Shown here in pieces: positions 1 through 7,690 of a stretch of 32,000 nucleotides of DNA (position 1 is its first letter; the number at the start of each line of letters is the position of its first letter). The stretch is from Psychrobacter sp. HD31. Lineage in GTDB: Bacteria > Pseudomonadota > Gammaproteobacteria > Pseudomonadales > Moraxellaceae. The stretch is from positions 1,800,001 to 1,832,000 of the forward strand of contig NZ_CP142525.1 in assembly GCF_051097895.1 (NCBI RefSeq). The letters are read 5' to 3'. The translations under genes and the position numbers were made by a program. The notes under the pieces are model-generated. The model saw only the letters and a program-made list of their open reading frames with translations. It was not told where the DNA came from and searched no databases.

Positions 1-51
1 ATTTAATACAAACAATCATATTTTAATATTTAATACGCTAATCATTTAAAA

Positions 52-78
52 ATAGGCTGGGACTCGTTCTCAGCCTAT
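52..78 (+). terminator. stem-loop upstream of the methionine-synthase gene; either the terminator of an off-window upstream gene or a leader structure
   Basis: 11-nt arms ATAGGCTGGGA / TCTCAGCCTAT with a 5-nt loop. The single non-Watson-Crick position is a G.U pair only in the + strand transcript. The tail is U-rich but not a canonical T-run. Confidence 0.35.
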
Positions 79-122
79 CTAATTTGAGCGTTTTAATATC
101 TTACAAACTATAGGGAATTATC

Positions 123-1151
123 ATGGCACTATTACTACCCACATCTACCGCAGGCAGTTTACCAAAACCATCTTGGTTGGCAACACCAGAAACACTTTGG
201 TCACCTTGGAAGCTAGAAGGCGATGAGCTAATTGAAGCCAAACAAGATGCTTTGCGAGTAACTTTACAAGAGCAAGACCTAGCTGGCATTGATATTGTGA
301 GCGATGGCGAACAAACGCGACAGCATTTTGTGACCACTTTTATTGAACATTTAAGTGGCGTTGACTTTGAAAACCGTAAAACCGTTAAAATCCGTAACCG
401 TTATGACGCAAGTGTGCCTGTGGTCGTCGATGAAGTCGCTAGAAAGCAATCAGTATTTGTTGAAGATGCAAAATTTTTACGCTCACAGACTGACAAACCT
501 ATTAAATGGGCATTGCCTGGTCCTATGACTATGGTAGATACCTTGTATGATGACCATTACAAAAGCCGTGAAAAACTGGCGTGGGAATTTGCTAAAATTT
601 TGAATGAAGAATGTAAAGAATTACAAGCGGCAGGCGTCGACATCATTCAATTTGATGAACCAGCATTCAATGTCTTTTTTGATGATGTTGATGAATGGGG
701 CATCAAGGCATTAGAAAGAGCCATTGAAGGGCTAGAGTGTGAAACTGCGGTACATATTTGTTATGGTTATGGCATTAAAGCAAATAATGACTGGAAAAAA
801 ACTCTTGGCAATGAGTGGCGACAGTATGAAAACCTGTTCCCTCAATTACAAGCATCTAACATTGACCTTATATCGTTAGAGTGTCATAACTCATTAGTAC
901 CAATGGACTTGCTAGAGCTGTTACGAGGCAAAAAACTGATGGTTGGTGCGATTGATGTTTCAAGCAATGAAGTAGAAACCCCAGAAGAAGTTGCCGATAC
1001 CTTGCGTAAAGCACTTCAGTTTGTTGATGCGGATAAACTGTATCCTTGTACTAACTGTGGCATGACACCACTGACTCGTCAAGCATCTAGAGCGAAACTT
1101 GAAGCTTTGGCAAAAGGCACACAAATCATTCGTAATGAGTTAGCGGGCTAA
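123..1151 (+). CDS. cobalamin-independent methionine synthase family, single-domain 'core MetE' type (MesD-like); would be annotated as 5-methyltetrahydropteroyltriglutamate--homocysteine methyltransferase family
   Basis: 342-aa ORF equivalent only to the C-terminal catalytic half of MetE. Zn/homocysteine-site motifs are present: VHICYGYG (His/Cys), SLECHN (Glu) and YPCTNCGM (Cys). N-terminus LLPTSTAGSLPKPSWLA is typical of the short MetE-like proteins. AGGGA lies about 10 nt upstream of the ATG. Confidence 0.85.
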   Translation: MALLLPTSTAGSLPKPSWLATPETLWSPWKLEGDELIEAKQDALRVTLQEQDLAGIDIVSDGEQTRQHFVTTFIEHLSGVDFENRKTVKIRNRYDASVPVVVDEVARKQSVFVEDAKFLRSQTDKPIKWALPGPMTMVDTLYDDHYKSREKLAWEFAKILNEECKELQAAGVDIIQFDEPAFNVFFDDVDEWGIKALERAIEGLECETAVHICYGYGIKANNDWKKTLGNEWRQYENLFPQLQASNIDLISLECHNSLVPMDLLELLRGKKLMVGAIDVSSNEVETPEEVADTLRKALQFVDADKLYPCTNCGMTPLTRQASRAKLEALAKGTQIIRNELAG

Positions 1152-1297
1152 CATTCATTACTATTTTTTATAAAAGGATTGCATTCTTTGCTTGATTGAT
1201 TGCGTTAATTTTTTAATACGTTATTATAGTCGAGCAAAGCAATCTACTTGTAATCAATGAGATATATTAATCACACTTCAATTTAATCGAACTCACT

Positions 1298-2134
1298 ATG
1301 GATATTTTTATTTTATATTATATTGCCGCAGGGGCATTTGCAGGCTTTTTGGCGGGTCTGTTTGGCATTGGCGGTGGCATGGTCATCGTATCGGCTTTAA
1401 TTTATATTTTTTCGGCACAAGGCGTACCTGCAGAAGCACTTACCCATGTTGCCGTCGGTACTTCGCTTGCGACCATTATTGTTACCTCTATCAGCTCATT
1501 GCGTGCGCATAATAGCCATGGTGCGGTTAATTGGTCTGTATGGAAGCGCATGGCACCAGGTTTGGTTATTGGGTCATTGCTGGGTGCTGGTGTGGCATCA
1601 CTCATACAGGGCAACTCTTTACAAGCTGTGATTGGTGTTGGTGCATTTTTGGTCGGTCTAAAAATGCTGTTTATGAAAAACAAAGCACTGGAAGAAAATG
1701 ACTTTAGCAAACTGCCTTCTCCTGTTGGTCAAACCGCTTTAGGTGGCTTTATTGGGGTGATATCTGCCATTTTTGGTATTGGTGGTGGTACGCTTACTGT
1801 GCCGTTTTTAAGTAAGTTTGGTCTTAAAATCCAGCATGCGGTTGGTACATCAGCTGCTTGTGGCTTCCCGATTGCGGTGGCTGGGGCAATTGGTTTTATG
1901 CTGTTTGGTCAGCTGGTTGATGACAGTGTAAAACAAGCACTGCCAGCGGGGGTGTTTGGCTTTGTCCATTTATATGCGTTTATTTGTGTGAGTTGTGCCA
2001 GCTTTATCACGGCACGTCTTGGTGCAAAAGCGGCGCACAAATTACCAGCAGCCACCCTTAAAAAAGCCTTTGCGGTGTTATTACTGATTGTGGGTACTCA
2101 ATTGGTTTGGGATGCAGGTATTTTAGCCTTTTAG
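1298..2134 (+). CDS. TauE/SafE (TSUP) family sulfite/organosulfonate-type anion permease
   Basis: 278-aa polytopic membrane protein with the duplicated glycine motif of the family (FGIGGGMV near the N-terminus, FGIGGGTLTVP in the second half). Confidence 0.85.
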   Translation: MDIFILYYIAAGAFAGFLAGLFGIGGGMVIVSALIYIFSAQGVPAEALTHVAVGTSLATIIVTSISSLRAHNSHGAVNWSVWKRMAPGLVIGSLLGAGVASLIQGNSLQAVIGVGAFLVGLKMLFMKNKALEENDFSKLPSPVGQTALGGFIGVISAIFGIGGGTLTVPFLSKFGLKIQHAVGTSAACGFPIAVAGAIGFMLFGQLVDDSVKQALPAGVFGFVHLYAFICVSCASFITARLGAKAAHKLPAATLKKAFAVLLLIVGTQLVWDAGILAF

Positions 2135-2169
2135 CACTTTATAACAATTTTTAACGGTCAGGATTAATT

Positions 2170-2208
2170 GTTTATCATTGCCAGATATTGTAAACCAGCA
2201 TGATAAAC
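2170..2208. repeat. inverted repeat GTTTATCAT-N21-ATGATAAAC between the TauE and FMN-reductase genes
   Basis: Perfect 9-bp arms that extend to 11 bp with one mismatch. No T-run follows. It could be a weak terminator or an operator. Confidence 0.3.
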
Positions 2209-2303
2209 GATACGGCTGTTACTTCATTTATTTAACATTCAATCGGTTTTGTATGCCATCTAACAACAAAACCCATAACAGATAAAGGAACTAAAGAAAT
2301 CCA

Positions 2304-2825
2304 ATGAAAATTTTAATGATTTCTGGCACCTATAATCGCCAATCAAGAACATGGTTAATGCTTGAGGAAGCTCGCAAGCATTGTGATACTTATGATGTTG
2401 AGACAGAAATTGTCGAACTTTGTGACTATGCCATTACCGTTGGTCAAAAAGACACCAGCCATCAAATTAGCGAGTTGGTAGAAAAAATCAACGAGTCTGA
2501 GGCAATTATTTTTTCAACACCTAATTACCAAGGTTCGATTTCTGGTTTGCTAAAAGTTGCTATCGACCATATCCCTGAACGTGGGCTAAAAAACAAATCA
2601 GTAGGACTTATTTCGGTAAGTGGTGGTATTGGTAACATGAGCCAGCCATTATCGCACCTGCGTGATATAGTTTCTTCTCTTGAAGGTTTGGCGGTAGCAA
2701 CCAACATTGCTTGCCATTCAGACGACTTTATCCGAGATGAAGAAGGTAAAAGCAGTATCAGTAATGAAAAAATCTTAGAGCGTGTGAAAGATATGGTTGA
2801 AGAGTTGTATCGCCATACTAAGTAG
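2304..2825 (+). CDS. NAD(P)H-dependent FMN reductase family protein (flavodoxin-like fold)
   Basis: 173 aa. The MKILMISGT N-terminus, IFSTPNYQGSISGLLKVAIDHI and KSVGLISVSGG match the PF03358-type pattern (xPEYNGSxxGxLKNAxD). Confidence 0.75.
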   Translation: MKILMISGTYNRQSRTWLMLEEARKHCDTYDVETEIVELCDYAITVGQKDTSHQISELVEKINESEAIIFSTPNYQGSISGLLKVAIDHIPERGLKNKSVGLISVSGGIGNMSQPLSHLRDIVSSLEGLAVATNIACHSDDFIRDEEGKSSISNEKILERVKDMVEELYRHTK

Positions 2826-2865
2826 TATAGCGTTTAAAAACCATGCTATTTTATTCTTTCTTTTA

Positions 2866-2906
2866 AAGAAAAGGCTAGGTATTGATGAAATACCTAGCCT
2901 TTTTGT
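2866..2906. terminator. bidirectional rho-independent terminator between the convergent FMN-reductase and yeeE-like genes
   Basis: Perfect 11-bp stem AAGGCTAGGTA / TACCTAGCCTT with a 9-nt loop. An A-run lies on the left and TTTTT on the right. Confidence 0.8.
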
Positions 2907-2922
2907 TATTATTAAAATATGG

Positions 2923-4221
2923 TTAACAGACCGAGTCATTCGACTTTGGTACAGATAAGCCAAATAATGGACGCAAATAGAGAGCCAAAAATGTCCCTGC
3001 CATGGCACAAATACCCCAAACATAGCCATGTAAACTAAATGAAGCAATACCACTAAAGTAGGCACCCACATTACAACCAAACGCCAAACGTGCACCATAG
3101 CCCATCATGAGTCCACCAATGATTGATGCCAGTAAATTCCCTTTGGTTATCTTTGTAAACTGAAACAACCCAGCCGCAGCAGACGCGATAAACGCACCCA
3201 GCATAATGCCAAAATTAAGTACTGTCGTTGCATCACTAAAAATACTGGCTTCTAAAGCAGCCACTCGAGCTGGACTACTCCAATAACCCCAGCTAACCAC
3301 ATCCACACCCACAAGGTTAGCGACTTTAGAGCCCCATAAAGTAAAGGCAGAAGTTACGCCCCACGGCTCACCTCGAGTCATCAAGGTCAATGCATTTAAC
3401 ACTGCCAAAGCTATCGCACCTGCCCATAATGGCCAAGATCCACGAACAACTCGTGCCAAACCTTTGGTAGTAGGGAGCTGAGCCATTTTTGGTGGGTTTT
3501 TCTTTTTTTCTACCCATAGCGTTAAGCCTGCGATGGTTGCAAAAATCACCAAAGAAACTGCCCAAGCACCAGCATAACCAAGCCCTGTTGACGTCGCTAA
3601 GGAAAATGCTTCAAAAGAAGGTGTTTCGTTAATCCAAAATGGCAAATGCTTTGCCCCCAATGTCGCACCTATGATAAAGAACAATAAAGTCACAAACATC
3701 ACAGAACGCCCACCGCCAACAGCATATAAAGTGCCAGAAGCACAGCCATTACCTAACTGCATGCCAATACCAAACATAAACGACCCAACCAGTAAACTGA
3801 CACCCACAGGGTCAACATAGCCGAGTACCTCACCACCAAAAAATGACGTTCCAAACGCCAATATGGGTGCAAACAAAGTAACAGCAACCGCCAGCATCAG
3901 CATATGGGCTCGCATGGCTTGTCCATTACCAACCGACATCAGTCGTCTAAACGCAGAGGTAAAACCAAACCGTGCATGGAATAGTGTATACCCAAATGAT
4001 AACCCCAGCACCAATAAAACTGATTGAGAAATGTGTTGGCTATTAAAAACATATACAAACAATAAAAGCGTTGCAGTCAAACCGAGGCCAACCAACCCTC
4101 TTTGTGGGGCATCTAATAGCGTCGTTGAATTTGCAGGTGTATTTTGTGTGCTGGTAATCGGTTGTGTGTCTTGATTATTAGTAGTTATTTGAGTCGTTGA
4201 GTTCATAATAATAGTTCTCAT
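2923..4221 (-). CDS. YeeE/YedE family inner-membrane sulfur (thiosulfate-type) transporter
   Basis: 432-aa polytopic protein with both conserved Cys-containing half-helix motifs (GNGCASGTLY and AFGCNVGAYF). It has an unusual T/N/Q-rich N-terminal extension. Confidence 0.85.
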   Translation of the reverse strand: MRTIIMNSTTQITTNNQDTQPITSTQNTPANSTTLLDAPQRGLVGLGLTATLLLFVYVFNSQHISQSVLLVLGLSFGYTLFHARFGFTSAFRRLMSVGNGQAMRAHMLMLAVAVTLFAPILAFGTSFFGGEVLGYVDPVGVSLLVGSFMFGIGMQLGNGCASGTLYAVGGGRSVMFVTLLFFIIGATLGAKHLPFWINETPSFEAFSLATSTGLGYAGAWAVSLVIFATIAGLTLWVEKKKNPPKMAQLPTTKGLARVVRGSWPLWAGAIALAVLNALTLMTRGEPWGVTSAFTLWGSKVANLVGVDVVSWGYWSSPARVAALEASIFSDATTVLNFGIMLGAFIASAAAGLFQFTKITKGNLLASIIGGLMMGYGARLAFGCNVGAYFSGIASFSLHGYVWGICAMAGTFLALYLRPLFGLSVPKSNDSVC

Positions 4222-4466
4222 TAATAAAAAATGATTGGCTATTTTATCTTTTTTAAAATTAAAAAAATGTTATTAATTAGAATTAAAATATTCCACTAAG
4301 GAATTTACAGCCTGTTATCTATCTCAAAACATAATTAAAGACTTATATGCTAAGTGCTCAACGATAATTAGGGTGCTTACAGTTAAATTTAAGAAAAAAT
4401 ATCATCTAAATCAAAAAAACTATAAAATAAGCGGATTAATTTTTATTCATAAGTAAGGTAAGCCAA

Positions 4467-4877
4467 GTGACTGTCACTGAAAGAATTTTCCATATGGTTT
4501 TATTTGAAGTTTTGTTGCTGGTGCTAACAACTGTTATTGTGGTGTTTTTTACAGACCATCAAGCAACGAGCGTGGCAGGTGTGGCGATTGCCTTATCTTT
4601 AATTGCCATGGCATGGAACTTTGTTTATAACCTATTGTTTGATAAAATTTTTACAGGAGAAAAAACCAACAGAAGCTTTACTTTAAGGGCAATGCATGCA
4701 GTTTTTTTTGAATCTGGGCTACTTGTTTTTAGTTTGCCTTTGATAGCTTGGACACTAAAAATCAGCCTATGGGAGGCTTTTATTATCGATATTGGTTTAA
4801 CTATTTTAGTGGTTATTTACACTTTTATATTTAATTGGGTTTATGATCATACTCGTGCCAAATTTTTTGCTAAATAA
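4467..4877 (+). CDS. PACE family (AceI-like, bacterial transmembrane pair domain) efflux transporter
   Basis: 136 aa with 4 predicted TM helices as two tandem BTP repeats. The conserved N-terminal ERIFHMVLFE motif (RxxHaxxFE) requires the GTG start at 4467. TAAGGT lies 10 nt upstream. Confidence 0.8.
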   Translation: MTVTERIFHMVLFEVLLLVLTTVIVVFFTDHQATSVAGVAIALSLIAMAWNFVYNLLFDKIFTGEKTNRSFTLRAMHAVFFESGLLVFSLPLIAWTLKISLWEAFIIDIGLTILVVIYTFIFNWVYDHTRAKFFAK

Positions 4878-4917
4878 CAATTCTTAATAAACACGGAATA
4901 TCTAATGGGGGCTAATT

Positions 4918-5742
4918 ATGTTACATAAAAAGACGAATTTACATACAAACACAGCATCACACAAAAAAACAGCATTAATTACAGGGGCATCTTCTGGTAT
5001 TGGAAAAGAATTTGCTAAAATCCATGCAGCGCAAGGAGGCGACCTGATCATTGTTGCTCGGCGAGATGAGGCATTAAATGCGTTAAAAGCAGAATTAGAG
5101 GACAAATATGGGGTTATGGTAACTTGTATTAGTTGTGATTTATCACAATACAATGCGGCTCAAATGTTATTTGATAAAGTCCAACAAACGGGCATACAAG
5201 TTGATTATTTGATAAACAATGCTGGTTTTGGTTTGGTAGGTAAGTTTTATGAGCTACCACTTGCGCGTCAGCAACAAATGATACATTTAAACATGACCAC
5301 ATTAACTGAGCTTATGTATCTGTTTTTACCTAAAATGGTTGAACGTAATTTTGGCAAAATCCTTAACACCTCATCTACCGCCTCGCTTGTAGCGGGACCA
5401 AACCAAGCGGTTTATTTTGCAACAAAAGCCTATGTTAGCTCATTAAGTAATGCCGTTGCATCAGAACTACATGATACCAATGTCACGGTAACCGCATTGC
5501 TACCAGGGGCAACAGAAACTGAATTTGGCGCAACATCTGGTATGGATAAAACGGCGTTGTTTGCCAAAACTGCGTCTGCTCGTAGTGTTGCCGAAGATGG
5601 CTATAATGGGATGATGAAAGGGGCGTTAGATGTGATTTCTGGTTTACCATTATCAACTAAGCTTACTTTAAAATTTGCACCACTTGTGCCTAAAAAAATG
5701 ATTTTAGAGCGAGTAAGAAAAGCACAAGAAATTAAAGTCTAA
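4918..5742 (+). CDS. SDR family NAD(P)-dependent oxidoreductase
   Basis: TGASSGIG cofactor motif, NNAG, and the catalytic S...YxxxK (YFATK). 274 aa. It starts 40 nt after the PACE gene with no terminator in between. Confidence 0.9.
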   Translation: MLHKKTNLHTNTASHKKTALITGASSGIGKEFAKIHAAQGGDLIIVARRDEALNALKAELEDKYGVMVTCISCDLSQYNAAQMLFDKVQQTGIQVDYLINNAGFGLVGKFYELPLARQQQMIHLNMTTLTELMYLFLPKMVERNFGKILNTSSTASLVAGPNQAVYFATKAYVSSLSNAVASELHDTNVTVTALLPGATETEFGATSGMDKTALFAKTASARSVAEDGYNGMMKGALDVISGLPLSTKLTLKFAPLVPKKMILERVRKAQEIKV

Positions 5743-5782
5743 GAAGTAGTCCTGCACTTTAAAACATAGATGAATACCATTA

Positions 5783-5817
5783 AAAATAAGCCGCTAATTT
5801 ATCGTTAGCGGCTTTTA
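5783..5817. terminator. bidirectional rho-independent terminator between the convergent SDR and DsrE-like genes
   Basis: 10-bp stem AAGCCGCTAA / TTAGCGGCTT with a 7-nt loop, flanked by AAAAA on the left and TTTT on the right. Confidence 0.8.
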
Positions 5818-5835
5818 TACAAACTTTGTTAATCA

Positions 5836-6213
5836 TTAGCTTAGCTGCAAAGAGCCTTTTGCATTCATTACTAAATCTACCACGTCATCAGCAGAAATGA
5901 CACCAAAGCGTTTGTCAATTTTAGCTTCATCAACCCCATTGTGTATCATGCAAGATTTACATACCTGAACATTGCCGCCTGCTGTTAAAAATCCTTCTAA
6001 CAGTTCTTTAGCGGGTTTAAAAGGGGCGCCGATGTCGACGTTATCTAACTTGTTTGGTAAAGCAAGGCTGACGGCATCTACCATCAAAATAATGGTTGCA
6101 CTGCTGCCTTTTTCTAAAACTTTGCAACCCATTGTTAGGGCAACGGTAATTTTGTTTTGGTTTGTTGTTTCATTATCAAAAAGGGTGCCAACATAATCTG
6201 TCGTTTGTACCAT
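5836..6213 (-). CDS. DsrE/DsrF-like family protein (small sulfur-relay-like protein)
   Basis: 125-aa product from the internal ATG at 6213 (MVQTTDY...), with AGAGGT 7 nt upstream. It shows a DsrE-like alpha/beta pattern with Cys motif VCKSCM. The longer 208-aa ORF would overlap ald and run through the promoter. Confidence 0.6.
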   Translation of the reverse strand: MVQTTDYVGTLFDNETTNQNKITVALTMGCKVLEKGSSATIILMVDAVSLALPNKLDNVDIGAPFKPAKELLEGFLTAGGNVQVCKSCMIHNGVDEAKIDKRFGVISADDVVDLVMNAKGSLQLS

Positions 6214-6259
6214 GGTGTTTACCTCTTGAGTGTTTAGTAGTAGGAGTGGTGCATTTAGC

Positions 6260-6290
6260 ACAATATATATTATACCATAACATATATTGT
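6260..6290 (-). promoter_or_regulatory. extended -10 promoter (TGGTATAAT, 6269-6277 on the minus strand) embedded in a perfect dyad ACAATATAT-N13-ATATATTGT; putative repressor operator of the DsrE-like gene
   Basis: Read directly. The 9-bp arms are at 6260-6268 and 6282-6290. The consensus TGnTATAAT sits in the spacer, 56 nt upstream of the ATG at 6213. Confidence 0.5.
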
Positions 6291-6343
6291 ACTTGGGCGC
6301 TTTAAATATATTATGCTTAGAGCTAAGGTTTAACAACTTAAAT

Positions 6344-6374
6344 ATAAAAACCGACTGCAAAATATGAGTCGGCT
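6344..6374 (-). terminator. rho-independent terminator of ald
   Basis: Minus-strand RNA reads GCCGACU-CAUAUUUUGC-AGUCGGU followed by UUUU, about 20 nt after the ald stop. Confidence 0.75.
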
Positions 6375-6392
6375 TTTGTTGTGGCTTTTTAA

Positions 6393-7514
6393 TTATAATG
6401 CGGTAGCAGCTTCTTTGGCATCTGTGAAGGCAATGTTTTGGGCTTGTGCAACCGCCTGACAAGTCATTTTACCTTGGCAAACGTTTAAGCCATTTAGTAG
6501 GTGCTCGTCTTGTAATAGGGCTTGTTTAATGCCTTTATCTGCAATGGACAAAACAAAGGGTAGGGTAGCATTATTTAAGGCAAAGGTTGACGTTAGTGGC
6601 ACACCACCTGGCATGTTTGCAACACAGTACACAACCACATCATTGGCAACAAAGGTTGGCTGTGCATGTGTGGTTGGTTTTGAGACGTCGGTACAACCGC
6701 CTTGGTCAATAGCAACATCTACAATTACGGCACCTTTTTTCATTTTTTGTAAAATTGCGTTGGTGATAAGTTTAGGTGCATTAGCGCCAGGGATCAGTAC
6801 CGTACCAATTACCAAATCTGCCGTGGTACAATGTTGCTCTACCGCATGGGCAGTAGAAAATATGGTTTTAACACGCCCATTAAACACATCATCTAAATAG
6901 CGTAAACGCTCTACATTTCGGTCAAGTACAACAACTTCGGCACCCAAACCGACAGCCATTTTAGTGGCATTAAGCCCAGCAACCCCACCGCCTAGCACCA
7001 CTACTTTACTTGCCTCAACCCCTGGCACGGCACCAAGTAAAGCACCTAACCCGCCATTTAATTTTTGTAAATGGTAGGCACCAACTTGGGTTGCCATACG
7101 TCCTGCCACTTCTGACATTGGTGCCAACAGAGGCAAGCCACCATGTGGGTTAGTGACGGTTTCATAGGCAACGGCAATACAACCAGAATCCATTAACCCT
7201 TGCGTTTGTGCTGGGTCGGGTGATAAATGCAGATAAGTAAATAAAATTTGGTCTGCACGCAGTTGCTCATATTCAATTTTTTGAGGCTCTTTTACTTTAA
7301 CAATCATTTCTGCTTTGGCAAAAACTTCACTGGCGGTATCAACAATGCTTGCCCCAGCATTTAGATAATCATCATCGGTTTTGCCAATACCAAGCCCAGC
7401 GCCCGTTTCTACAATAACGGTATGTCCATGATGTACAACTTCATGCACACTCTCTGGCGTAAGCCCAACGCGGTTTTCATTTGTTTTAATTTCTTTTGGT
7501 ATGCCGATTAACAT
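6393..7514 (-). CDS. ald: alanine dehydrogenase
   Basis: 373 aa. Has the MLIGIPKEIKTNENRVGLTP N-terminus and the NAD Rossmann motif VVVLGGGVAGLNA, with full-length family-typical sequence. A perfect GGAGG RBS precedes the start. Confidence 0.95.
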   Translation of the reverse strand: MLIGIPKEIKTNENRVGLTPESVHEVVHHGHTVIVETGAGLGIGKTDDDYLNAGASIVDTASEVFAKAEMIVKVKEPQKIEYEQLRADQILFTYLHLSPDPAQTQGLMDSGCIAVAYETVTNPHGGLPLLAPMSEVAGRMATQVGAYHLQKLNGGLGALLGAVPGVEASKVVVLGGGVAGLNATKMAVGLGAEVVVLDRNVERLRYLDDVFNGRVKTIFSTAHAVEQHCTTADLVIGTVLIPGANAPKLITNAILQKMKKGAVIVDVAIDQGGCTDVSKPTTHAQPTFVANDVVVYCVANMPGGVPLTSTFALNNATLPFVLSIADKGIKQALLQDEHLLNGLNVCQGKMTCQAVAQAQNIAFTDAKEAATAL

Positions 7515-7640
7515 ACAAACCTCCTAACAGTGATCGTGTTTGTTACAACAGTAAAATACCTGAACGTATTTAAGTTTTTTAAAAAGATGGCATAAATACT
7601 AGACAGGATTAGCTCGGCAAGCAATAATAGATATTTAAGC

Positions 7641-7665
7641 TTAGACTAAAATTATTTGAGTCTAA
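7641..7665. promoter_or_regulatory. LysR-type T-N11-A dyad (TTAGACT-N11-AGTCTAA) in the ald / lysR divergent region
   Basis: Perfect 7-bp arms separated by 11 bp. It lies 26 nt upstream of the lysR ATG and 127 nt upstream of the ald ATG. Confidence 0.5.
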
Positions 7666-7690
7666 ATTTTTATAGCAACAAGGTTTTGTT

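Noticed and set aside
1-122. Possible riboswitch (SAM or cobalamin) or MetR box upstream of the methionine-synthase gene.
   Set aside because: Only 122 nt are available and they are AT-rich. No conserved riboswitch core or TGAA-N5-TTCA box is recognisable. Only a simple hairpin is present.
2866-2906. A shared CCTAGC/GCTAGG core in the terminator stems at 2871-2901 and 19087-19109, plus GCCTAGGC at about 22597, considered as a DNA-uptake-sequence-like motif placed in terminators.
   Set aside because: There are only two or three occurrences, and the other eight hairpins share no motif. A genome-wide count would be needed.
6214-6462. N-terminal 83 codons of the 208-aa ORF 5836-6462.
   Set aside because: The extension overlaps the ald 3' end, runs through the ald terminator and a consensus promoter, and is Cys/Lys/Ile-rich junk. 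The internal ATG 6213 has an AGAGGT RBS and gives a normal-sized DsrE-like protein.
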